In this document: piece by piece, positions 1 through 8,198 of the stretch
Position numbering within the stretch: position 1 is the stretch's first letter
Layout of the letters: every line of letters begins with the position of its first letter
Assembly: GCA_040771865.1 (NCBI GenBank)
Contig: JAXGZF010000005.1
Location: 248,001-312,000 of the forward strand
Direction of reading: 5' to 3'
Source of the DNA: Desulfobacterales bacterium
GTDB lineage: Bacteria; Desulfobacterota; Desulfobacteria; Desulfobacterales; UBA2245
Length of the DNA: 64,000 bases
The notes under the pieces: model-generated
The model's input: only the letters and a program-made list of their open reading frames with translations
Database searches by the model: none
What the model was told of the DNA's origin: nothing
Position numbers and translations under genes: made by a program

Positions 1-919
1 CGTCGGTGCCAAGACCCACGCAGATCCCTTTTTGCATCAGCCCGAAGACCGGGGCAATGCCTGAGGCCAGCTTCATGTTGCTTTCCGGGTTATGGGAAAC
101 CTTGACGTCATGGCGCCGGATCAGCTCCATGTCCGCATCAGAGAGCATCACGCAGTGACAGGCGACCAGGTTGGGAGAAAGCACGCCCAGATCGGCGAGA
201 TGGGCCACAGGGCTTTTGCCGTAGCGCTGCTGGATGGTTTCAAGCTCGCTTTGCGTTTCAGACAGGTGGATCACCAGAGGCGCATGCCGTCGCAGGGATA
301 GATCCGCGGCTTTTTGCAGAAGGGCCGGGGCGCAAAGATATGTGGAATGAGGCTCCACGGCAATGGTGATCAGCGGATCATTTTGATACGCATCCATCAG
401 TGTCTCGGTGTACTCAAAGCCTTTTTCAAGCGGCCCGTAACTGGGTGAGGGAAAATCGTAGAGCACCTCGCCGACGACGGCGCGGATCTTTGCCTCTTTT
501 GCCGCCAGAGCCACCTGCGCTTCGAACAGGTACATGTCGCAAAAACAGGTGGTCCCGGACAGTATCATTTCCGCGCAGGCCAGCAGCGTTCCGGCATAAA
601 CCATTTCGGGAGTGAGTCTGGCTTCGGCCGGAAAAATGTGATCGTTCAGCCATCTCATCAGGGGCAGGTCGTCGGCAAGACCCCGGAAACAGGTCATGGC
701 CGCATGGGTGTGGGTGTTGACCAGACCGGGCAGAATAATGCCGCCTTGAGCGTCTATGGTTTTCGAAGCCCGGCAGACGGCAAAATCCTTCATCGGCCCG
801 ACGGCGACGATGCGATCGTCCTTGATGGCCACAGCCGCATTTGGAATGATATCGCCGGTCGCATTCATGGTCAGAACCGTTCCGTTTGAAACCAGAATAT
901 CCACGACAGATTCAATCAT
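1..919 (-). CDS. mtaD: Amidohydrolase, MTA/SAH deaminase (MtaD-like); 3' end runs off the window
   Basis: Manual translation from ATG at 919: MIESVVDILVSNGTVLTMNA...IILPGLVNTHTHAAMTCFRGLADDLPLMRWLNDHIFPAE. Has the HxH metal motif and RGLADDLPL signature; overlaps the stop of the upstream PNP gene. Absent from the ORF track because it is truncated. Confidence 0.85.
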   Translation of the reverse strand, partial: MIESVVDILVSNGTVLTMNATGDIIPNAAVAIKDDRIVAVGPMKDFAVCRASKTIDAQGGIILPGLVNTHTHAAMTCFRGLADDLPLMRWLNDHIFPAEARLTPEMVYAGTLLACAEMILSGTTCFCDMYLFEAQVALAAKEAKIRAVVGEVLYDFPSPSYGPLEKGFEYTETLMDAYQNDPLITIAVEPHSTYLCAPALLQKAADLSLRRHAPLVIHLSETQSELETIQQRYGKSPVAHLADLGVLSPNLVACHCVMLSDADMELIRRHDVKVSHNPESNMKLASGIAPVFGLMQKGICVGLGTD

Positions 920-1748
920 GGAGCGCCTCCACAAAATTTCGAAGCAGAACGCCCAGTGTTTTTGAGGATTTTTCCGCTGTTGCGATGATTTCTTCCAGGG
1001 TGGCCGGCGCCGGATTCTCCGGATCATGCACGTTGGTGATAATGGAGACGCCCAGTATGCGCATGCCGGCATGTACCCCGACAATGACCTCCTGGACAGT
1101 CGAAAGCCCGACCGCATCAGCCCCAATGGCTCTCAGGAAGCGGATCTCGGCCGGGGTTTCCAGACTGGGGCCGAGCAGGGCCGCGTAAACGCCTTTTTGC
1201 AACGGGATTTGACAGTTTTGCCCGACCTGTTCCGCCAGTTTCAGCAGATCCGGGGAATAAGCGAATGCCATGTGAGGAAAACGAACCCCCCAGCTTTCTT
1301 CATTGGGGCCGACCAGGGGATTGAATCCGGTCATATTGAGATGATCTGCGATGAGCATGAGATCTCCGGGTTTGAATGCCGGGTTCAGTCCACCAGCCGC
1401 ATTGGTGACGATCAGCGTTTGAATTCCCATCTCCTGCATGACGCGAATCGGAAAACTGACCTGAAGCGGAGAGTATCCTTCATATAGATGGAAACGGCCC
1501 TGCATCACGGCTACGGGCTGATCCGCCAGGCAACCGAAGACCAGTCTGCCGGGGTGGCTTTGAACCGTTGATGCCGGGAAGTGGGGGATCTGCTCGTAGG
1601 CAAGGATTTCGGAAACCTGCAGATCGGAGGCGAATTCGCTGAGGCCGGTGCCGGCAAGTAATCCGATACGGGGTTGCATTCGGATCCGTTTTCTTAGAAA
1701 AGCCGTTGCTTCGCCGGCCTTGAATTTCTCTTTTCTCATATCCAGCAT
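912..1748 (-). CDS. Purine-nucleoside phosphorylase (trimeric PNP, PunA/XapA type)
   Basis: Motifs GTGL, HPGRLVFG, MQGRFHLYEGY, TNAAGGLN, GPSLETPAE, GADAVGLST. Confidence 0.93.
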   Translation of the reverse strand: MLDMRKEKFKAGEATAFLRKRIRMQPRIGLLAGTGLSEFASDLQVSEILAYEQIPHFPASTVQSHPGRLVFGCLADQPVAVMQGRFHLYEGYSPLQVSFPIRVMQEMGIQTLIVTNAAGGLNPAFKPGDLMLIADHLNMTGFNPLVGPNEESWGVRFPHMAFAYSPDLLKLAEQVGQNCQIPLQKGVYAALLGPSLETPAEIRFLRAIGADAVGLSTVQEVIVGVHAGMRILGVSIITNVHDPENPAPATLEEIIATAEKSSKTLGVLLRNFVEALHD

Positions 1749-2008
1749 GTTTTTACGCCTTGATTTCTATCGTCATGTCCGGGGCGATAAGATCGGTATT
1801 TATGAATCGGCTGCCTGAAGCCAGATGGCATCATAATTCAGGGAGTCTGATCCGTCAAGGCGCTATATGGATCGAAAAGCGGCAGCGCATCGTTGGGGCT
1901 GAAAAGTTGAAAGAAATTTTTAAGTTGTAATGATTTATCAAGAATTGAATAATGTTTTTTACTTGAATGTGAATCATATTTGGTATAAAGTTTCAATCAT
2001 CTGTCATC

Positions 2009-2030
2009 ATTTGAAGAAATTATTTCAAAT
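2009..2030. promoter_or_regulatory. Palindromic operator-like site
   Basis: ATTTGAA-N8-TTCAAAT, a perfect 7-bp inverted repeat in the AT-rich divergent intergenic region, just upstream of a TTGACT -35-like hexamer at 2043. Confidence 0.35.
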
Positions 2031-2070
2031 TTCAAAGCGACGTTGACTTTTTACCTGTATTGTGAGATAG

Positions 2071-2164
2071 GTCCCCAGCATGTAAGCCCTGCACCATGGG
2101 CGGATGGTCCAGGTGATGTTCTATGGACCGCTTGCGCCCTGTTGAGTCTGAACCGTTGGGGGAC
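2071..2164 (+). ncRNA. Candidate structured RNA / 5' leader (family unassigned)
   Basis: Nested pairings GTCCCC(2071)/GGGGAC(to 2164), GGGCG(2098)/CGCCC(2135), GGTCCA(2106)/TGGACC(2124); GC-rich island directly after an AT-rich promoter region. Confidence 0.35.
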
Positions 2165-2242
2165 TCCAAGTCATTCCAGCGCCTTTGCCTTTTAAAAGGC
2201 GATTCGTCGGGGCAACCAAAACAAGGAGCGATGGCGTTTGCT

Positions 2243-2596
2243 ATGAAGGTGTCCGAAATTAAAGATATTTTAAAGGCAACTCTTCTTTCGGGAGAAGGAC
2301 AGCTTGACAGAAAGATTATTTCTGGCGGCGCTGCGGATCGCATGGAGGAAATTCTTTCCGGAGTGGCGGAAGGTTCGGTGCTTTTGACAGGGCTTACAAC
2401 CATCGATGTGATCCGGACAGCCAAGATCTCCGGCGTAGGCGCGGTGGTGATCGTCCGGGGGAAAAAGCCTCCGGAAGAGGTGGTGACCCTGGCAAAATCC
2501 TATGATTTGCCGTTGCTGCTGACCTCATATACCTTGTTTGCATCGGTGGGCAGGCTTTACATGAACGGATTGAGAAGCTATGATGGCTCCTGGTAG
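2243..2596 (+). CDS. DRTGG domain protein
   Basis: MKVSEIKDILKATLL...GGAADRMEEIL...VLLTGLTT...VVIVRGKKP...LPLLLT matches stand-alone DRTGG proteins; start 2231 or 2243 after AAGGAG. Confidence 0.8.
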   Translation: MKVSEIKDILKATLLSGEGQLDRKIISGGAADRMEEILSGVAEGSVLLTGLTTIDVIRTAKISGVGAVVIVRGKKPPEEVVTLAKSYDLPLLLTSYTLFASVGRLYMNGLRSYDGSW

Positions 2597-2679
2597 ATAT
2601 GCCTGAAACGGCTTTGCTTCCGTCTGGCTGATGCGATGCCCGCATCGTACCGTTGTTCAAGAGCAGGAAGGATTTGAGT

Positions 2680-3150
2680 TTGGCCACCGAGCAGGGGGTT
2701 GTCACAAGGGTCGGAATCGGCGCCGCATGGATTAAAACCACCCGGAGCGATGCCTGCAAAGGATGCTCCGCGCGCAACTCCTGTCATGCGATGGGAGGAG
2801 ATGAGGTCGAAGTCGAGGTCGAGGTCGTCAATGCAGTGAACGCCCAGCCGGGCGACTTGGTGGTGATCAGCTTTGAAACCACTTCTCTGCTGAAGGCCAC
2901 CTTTCTGATTTACACGTTTCCGATCCTCTGTCTTCTGGCCGGCGCCTTGGTCGGCCAGAAACTGGCGCCCCTGCTGGACTGGGGGGAATCCACTTCCGCG
3001 GCGATTGTCGGTTTTTCGGCTTTTATTGTTTCGATGCTGTTTGTGTATTTCAAGGCAAACCGGCTGGCCAAGAAGGATCGATACCGCCCCCATATCCTTC
3101 GCATTATAGGGCCTCATGTTTCCGAATCGGAATACACTTCCGCCGGGTAA
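2680..3150 (+). CDS. RseC/MucC family (SoxR-reducing system) membrane protein
   Basis: ATEQGVV...RSDACKGCSARNSC (CxxCxxxxxC), AQPGDLV, two C-terminal TM helices; TTG start at 2680. Confidence 0.85.
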   Translation: MATEQGVVTRVGIGAAWIKTTRSDACKGCSARNSCHAMGGDEVEVEVEVVNAVNAQPGDLVVISFETTSLLKATFLIYTFPILCLLAGALVGQKLAPLLDWGESTSAAIVGFSAFIVSMLFVYFKANRLAKKDRYRPHILRIIGPHVSESEYTSAG

Positions 3151-4205
3151 CAATACGCCCGTCCCTGATAATTTTCCACAATGATTTCGCTGCAGGACCT
3201 GGCTTTGACATATTCGGGAAGCAGGGGAATCTTTCCGCCTCCTTCAGGCAGATCGATCATGTACTGCGGAACGCACATCCCCGACAGATGTCCTCTAAGC
3301 GACCTCATGATATCCAGCCCTTTTTCAATGGATGTTCGAAAATGCCCGGTGCTTCTGACCGGGTCGGCATGGTGCAGGTAATACGGCTTGACGCGGATCC
3401 GAAGAAGTTTACGCATCAGGCGTCCGATGGTCTGAGGATCATCGTTGACCCCTTTTAATAAAACGCTCTGGCTGCCCAGCGCAATGCCCGCGTCGGCCAG
3501 CATGGCGCAGGCTTGTGCGGCCTGCGGCGTGATTTCATTCGGATGATTAAAATGAATATTGATGTAAACCGGGTGAAACGCTTTGAGCAATTCCGCCAGT
3601 GGCTTTTCTATGCGCTGGGGCAGAGTGCAGGGCGCACGGGTGTGGATCCTGATCACTTCCACATGCGACGCTTTTCGAAGCGCCGTCAGAATGCGCTTCA
3701 GAGCATCATTTTCGAGCAACAGGGGATCTCCGCCGGAGAGAACAACCTCGCGGACTGTTGCATGGTCATGAATATAGCCGAAGGCCCTGTCCATGACGGC
3801 TTCGCTCATTGCAACCGCCGTGCCGATTTTCCTTTTACGCATGCAGAAACGGCAATACATGGCGCACTGGTTTGAAACCCAGAAGAGCACTCTGTCCGGA
3901 TACCGGTGAACCAGGCAGGGAACCGGCGCCTGTTCTTCTTCCGCCATGGGGTCTTCGTGGAAGATTGTGTCCGTCAATTCCGGTATCGACGGGATGGCCT
4001 GCCTGCCCAGCGGGTCATCGGGGCTGCGAATCAGGGACAGAAAATACGAGGGTATGCGCATGGGATAGCGGGCGACGATTTGATCGATGGTCTGCGCCTG
4101 AACAGGAAGGTATTTCGCCAGCTCACTTCCTGTGGAAACACAGTGGGATAGTATTTCATGCCAGTCGGAACCATGATCGGGCGGCTTTTGAAGATGAGGG
4201 GTCAT
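3114..4205 (-). CDS. KamA family radical SAM enzyme (lysine 2,3-aminomutase-like)
   Basis: HRYPDRVL, CAMYCRFC, SGGDPL, HFNHPNE, QSVLLKGVND, PLP lysine motif GGGKIP. Confidence 0.92.
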   Translation of the reverse strand: MTPHLQKPPDHGSDWHEILSHCVSTGSELAKYLPVQAQTIDQIVARYPMRIPSYFLSLIRSPDDPLGRQAIPSIPELTDTIFHEDPMAEEEQAPVPCLVHRYPDRVLFWVSNQCAMYCRFCMRKRKIGTAVAMSEAVMDRAFGYIHDHATVREVVLSGGDPLLLENDALKRILTALRKASHVEVIRIHTRAPCTLPQRIEKPLAELLKAFHPVYINIHFNHPNEITPQAAQACAMLADAGIALGSQSVLLKGVNDDPQTIGRLMRKLLRIRVKPYYLHHADPVRSTGHFRTSIEKGLDIMRSLRGHLSGMCVPQYMIDLPEGGGKIPLLPEYVKARSCSEIIVENYQGRAYCYPAEVYSDSET

Positions 4206-4323
4206 TTATCGGGGTTTCCGTAAAAATGATTCATTTTTTTAGGTCTGCATGGCAGTATCATGAAATTTGCGGATTGTGAATGAAAACCCGACACCCGCTC
4301 GGCTCACGAAAGGATTCAAAACG

Positions 4324-4947
4324 ATGAAGGTGCGATGTCCCTGGGCAATACAGGATCCGTTGTATAAGCGATATCATGACACCGAGTGGGGAACCCCTCT
4401 TCATGATGATCTGAAATTGTTTGAATTGTTGATTCTGGAAGGGGCGCAGGCCGGCTTGAGCTGGATCACGATATTGCGAAAGCGCGAGCATTACCGCAAA
4501 GCCCTGGATAGATTCGACCCGGTAAAAATAGCCGGTTACGATTCCGGAAAGATCGAACAGCTGATGGGCAATTCCGGCATCATTCGAAACAGAAGGAAGC
4601 TGGAGGCGGCGGTGCAAAACGCCCGCGCTTTTTTGCGGGTTCAGGATCGATTCGGCGGACTGGATGCCTATGTGTGGCGTTTTGTCGAAGGAGTGCCTGT
4701 CGTTAATTCATGGACCCGCCTTTCCGAAGTTCCCGCTCAAACCCCGCAGTCCACGGCAATGAGCCGTGCCATGAAGCAGGACGGGTTCCGGTTTGTCGGA
4801 CCGACCATATGCTATGCCTTCATGCAGGCAGCCGGCCTGGTAAATGATCATCTGACCAGTTGTTTTCGTTATCTTCCGCTTGCAGAAGACGCGTCATGCA
4901 GAACGCGGAAGGGAGCAGGCTTCGAACCCCTGAACGGTCGAACTTAA
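4324..4947 (+). CDS. tag: DNA-3-methyladenine glycosylase I
   Basis: RCPWA, YHDTEWG, LEGAQAGLSWITIL, GFRFVGPTICYAFMQAAGLVNDH. Confidence 0.95.
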   Translation: MKVRCPWAIQDPLYKRYHDTEWGTPLHDDLKLFELLILEGAQAGLSWITILRKREHYRKALDRFDPVKIAGYDSGKIEQLMGNSGIIRNRRKLEAAVQNARAFLRVQDRFGGLDAYVWRFVEGVPVVNSWTRLSEVPAQTPQSTAMSRAMKQDGFRFVGPTICYAFMQAAGLVNDHLTSCFRYLPLAEDASCRTRKGAGFEPLNGRT

Positions 4948-4991
4948 AAAATTCAGGATTCCATCAGGCTTGATAATGAAGCGAGGCGACG

Positions 4992-5804
4992 ATGCCCGAA
5001 GGTTTTTCAGCGTTGCATCCGGTTCATCAGGCGCTTCTGGCCACTTGCTTTACCTGGGCCTTAACAGCCCTGGGGGCCGCGTCCGTCTATTTGATTCAAA
5101 CCGTCCGGCAGAAGATTCTGGACGGAATGATGGGCTTTGCAGCCGGCGTGATGATTGCCGCAAGCTTCTGGTCTTTGCTGGCCCCCGCCATTGAAATGTC
5201 GCGGGACGGCCCTGTTCCGGAATGGCTTCCGGCGATTGCCGGCTTTCTTGCCGGCGGCTTTTTCCTGGCCTTTCTGGACAGAATCCTCCCCCATCTTCAT
5301 TCGGGACTTCCCGTGGAGGCGGCGGAGGGAATTCCTACCCGCTGGAAACGAAGCGTGCTGCTGGTTCTGGCCGTCACGCTTCATAATATTCCGGAAGGCC
5401 TGGCCGTGGGAGTCGCTTTTGGAGCGGCGGCTTCCGGATTTCCCGGAGCCACCCTGACATCGGCCTGCGTCCTGGCGCTTGGCATTGGAATTCAGAATTT
5501 TCCAGAGGGCCTGGCCGTGTCCATGCCGTTGAGGCGAGACGGGATGACGGCAGGCAGAAGTTTCTGGTACGGACAGTTATCCGGCATGGTCGAGCCCGTA
5601 GCCGGGGTGATCGGCGCCTGGGCGGTTTTGACGATGCAGGCAATTTTGCCTTATGCGCTTTCCTTTGCCGCAGGTGCGATGATTTTTGTGGTCGTTGAAG
5701 AATTGATTCCCGAATCTCGGCAAAGCGGCCATGCGGATCTCGCCGCCGTTTGCACCCTGTGCGGCTTTTCAGTGATGATGTTTCTGGATCTGGCGCTTGG
5801 ATAG
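4992..5804 (+). CDS. ZIP family metal transporter (GufA/ZupT-like)
   Basis: GFAAGVMIAASFWSLL, LHNIPEGLAVGV, IQNFPEGLAVS, FAAGAMIFVVVEELIPE. Confidence 0.93.
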   Translation: MPEGFSALHPVHQALLATCFTWALTALGAASVYLIQTVRQKILDGMMGFAAGVMIAASFWSLLAPAIEMSRDGPVPEWLPAIAGFLAGGFFLAFLDRILPHLHSGLPVEAAEGIPTRWKRSVLLVLAVTLHNIPEGLAVGVAFGAAASGFPGATLTSACVLALGIGIQNFPEGLAVSMPLRRDGMTAGRSFWYGQLSGMVEPVAGVIGAWAVLTMQAILPYALSFAAGAMIFVVVEELIPESRQSGHADLAAVCTLCGFSVMMFLDLALG

Positions 5805-5903
5805 CGTTTGGAGACAACGGGCGAAACTGTTCTGCTGTCGGCCAATGGCTTTGCCTCATTGAATATCGGAGTCACGATGGCGAATTCTTTTTCGGACCTC
5901 GGT

Positions 5904-7574
5904 TCAAGGATCGATGTTTTGAAAGGTCCTGGCCGTCTTATCGCCAAGGTCGGCCTGATATATCTGTTCCTGTTCGTCGAGGATGCTTTTCAATATTTCG
6001 ATGTGGGTCATCGGATTCATGATCACGCTTCTCAAAACCACGATTTCGTCTTCATACTTCTCAAGTTTCAAGGTGGTCCGCGAGACGAAGCTTTTCCCTG
6101 CTTCCCGCTGAAGGCGCTGAATCTTGTGATTGATCAGGTTAAGCTTTTTATTGGTCTGTCGACGCCGGGATAAATCCGGATCATGAAGTTCCGCCTTAAG
6201 CTCGGTCGGGCAGAACCGGTAGGTCAGAATGTTAAGTTCCGGATAGGTGGTCAGTTCAAAGTTCGGCCGGCGCTCAATTTCTTCGGCAAACTGCCGGGCC
6301 GTTTCAATGCCGTGGTTGATCAGCAGGGCGTAGCCGTTGACCCCCATAATCTTCAACGCGCTGTGAAGAATCAGGGAGTTAGCCTCCCTGGAGCCTGAAA
6401 TCGATTTGATGCCCAGATCCACCGATCCGGGCCGGTTGACGTATCGGGAATGGTACGCAATGGCATTCATGTGGGCCGGATTTTTGAAATACACCATACC
6501 GCAGGTCATGGGCAGATAAAATTGTTTGTGCGCATCGATGGTCACCGAGTCGGCCCGTTCGATGCCCTTGAGCCGGTGGCGGTATTGTTCAGACAACAGA
6601 GTCGGGCCTCCCCAGGCGGCATCCACATGAAAATGAATGCCGTGATCCGCAGCAATATCGGCCAGACTCCCAAGCGGGTCAATGGACCCGGTTTCCGTGG
6701 TGCCGGCGATTCCGATAATCGCAATGATCCGGGTTTTCACGGGATCATTCTTGAGGGCTTGAACTGTTTTTTCAAGAACCGACGCATTGATTCGGTTGTT
6801 GGCGTCCACCTCGATGGGAATGACGTTCTGGTGGCCGATACCCAGAATCCCTCCGGCCTTTTTCAAAGAGTAATGTCCCATGCGGGAAACCAGCACGACA
6901 GCCCGTTGAATGTCACAGGCCCGGTAGGCGGCGAAAAGACCCTCTGTCTCAATCCCCTGAAAATTGTTTCGAGGAGCAAAAGCCGTATTGCGGGCCACCC
7001 ACAGAGCGGTAATATTGGCCAGAGTTCCATCTTCCACAAAAGCGCCGAGGCTGGCGTCTCTGCTCTGAACATGTTGGCGATAAAATTCGTCGCTTTGCCC
7101 GAAGATCAGCCGGTGAATCTTGGCCAGGACCTGTCTTTCGATGACCGAAACCACCTTTGAGGTTTCCAGCTTGACCACATTCTGATTGAGCGCTGCGACA
7201 ATCGTTTTCAGATGAACCATGAAAAACGGAATTGCCGAGGTCATATGGCCTATAAAATAGGGAGAGGCCACATTGACTGCATGTGGGCCGATATCCTCGA
7301 TCAGCTCCGTGATCACGTTCGCAAGCTTGTCTACTGGGTCTTTGTTGATCGTGGAGTCGGAAAATTTCAGGCTCAGGTCATTTAAGCTGACCGCTTCGGT
7401 GATGCCGACGTGTGTTCTGAGAAAATCATGAAGCCCGAATAAAATCTGCTCCATGTATTTGACAAGGGTTTCCCGGGAAGCGTCGTTTTCAGGAAGAATA
7501 AAGGTCCGCTTGAGATGTTTCCAATCGGCCACAAGCAGTTTGGCTGATCTATCCAATAATTTTTCAGGCGTCAT
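5904..7574 (-). CDS. panP: Group II PLP-dependent decarboxylase, PanP-like (putative aspartate 1-decarboxylase)
   Basis: FIGHMTSAIP, LNQNVVKLETSK, GTLANITALWVARN, AGTTETG, HVDAAWGG, SVTIDAHKQ (PLP lysine), GKSFVSRT. Confidence 0.85.
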   Translation of the reverse strand: MTPEKLLDRSAKLLVADWKHLKRTFILPENDASRETLVKYMEQILFGLHDFLRTHVGITEAVSLNDLSLKFSDSTINKDPVDKLANVITELIEDIGPHAVNVASPYFIGHMTSAIPFFMVHLKTIVAALNQNVVKLETSKVVSVIERQVLAKIHRLIFGQSDEFYRQHVQSRDASLGAFVEDGTLANITALWVARNTAFAPRNNFQGIETEGLFAAYRACDIQRAVVLVSRMGHYSLKKAGGILGIGHQNVIPIEVDANNRINASVLEKTVQALKNDPVKTRIIAIIGIAGTTETGSIDPLGSLADIAADHGIHFHVDAAWGGPTLLSEQYRHRLKGIERADSVTIDAHKQFYLPMTCGMVYFKNPAHMNAIAYHSRYVNRPGSVDLGIKSISGSREANSLILHSALKIMGVNGYALLINHGIETARQFAEEIERRPNFELTTYPELNILTYRFCPTELKAELHDPDLSRRRQTNKKLNLINHKIQRLQREAGKSFVSRTTLKLEKYEDEIVVLRSVIMNPMTHIEILKSILDEQEQIYQADLGDKTARTFQNIDP

Positions 7575-8198
7575 CGCAGCTTATCGGAACCTTTTCGGTA
7601 TGAGTCGGGTTCTGGTCATTATGACAGGTTTGCATGAGTTGAACCTCGCAGATTCAATCTTCCCTTTTTGTTTTTGGCAACTCTGCCTCGAAATTGGAGA
7701 ATTTAGCATTATAGAACGGGAATTCCAAGCAATTAATTTCACGGATAGAGCTTTTGAAAATGAATCACGGTTTTACCGGCCGAAAAAACGAAAGCGCTGA
7801 GTTGTCCTGTCTTCCGGGTTTGGATTTCGGCCTTGCGCATATACCTCCGACCTGATCTGCAAGCCAAAGCAGGGTGTTGGGAATCATTCCGGCAAAGGGA
7901 ACGCCGGAATCAGGCAGAAAGGTTCAAGAAAGCGGGCTATTGGATGATATCAACCGGTAATAACGCATGTGAACACCATGGGAAAACGATTCAGGCGGAT
8001 CCTTTGACGTCAAAACAGCGCAATTCCGGCAGGGAAGGCGTGTTGAGGCCATTCATTCGGCTGCTTTTTAAATTCATTCCTTGACTTTTGCCGGGGATTT
8101 GGATTTTATACTTTAAATTTAAAACAGTTAGCAGAGACAATTCGCTATGCCGAATCGAATAAGCCGTCTTGAAAATCTCGCATAAGGCTTGCGTTATA

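Noticed and set aside
2096..2242. In-frame ATG...TGA-TGT upstream of the DRTGG ORF, suggesting a selenocysteine extension
   Set aside because: No RBS, no recognisable SECIS, and the DRTGG domain is complete from MKVSEI; likely chance
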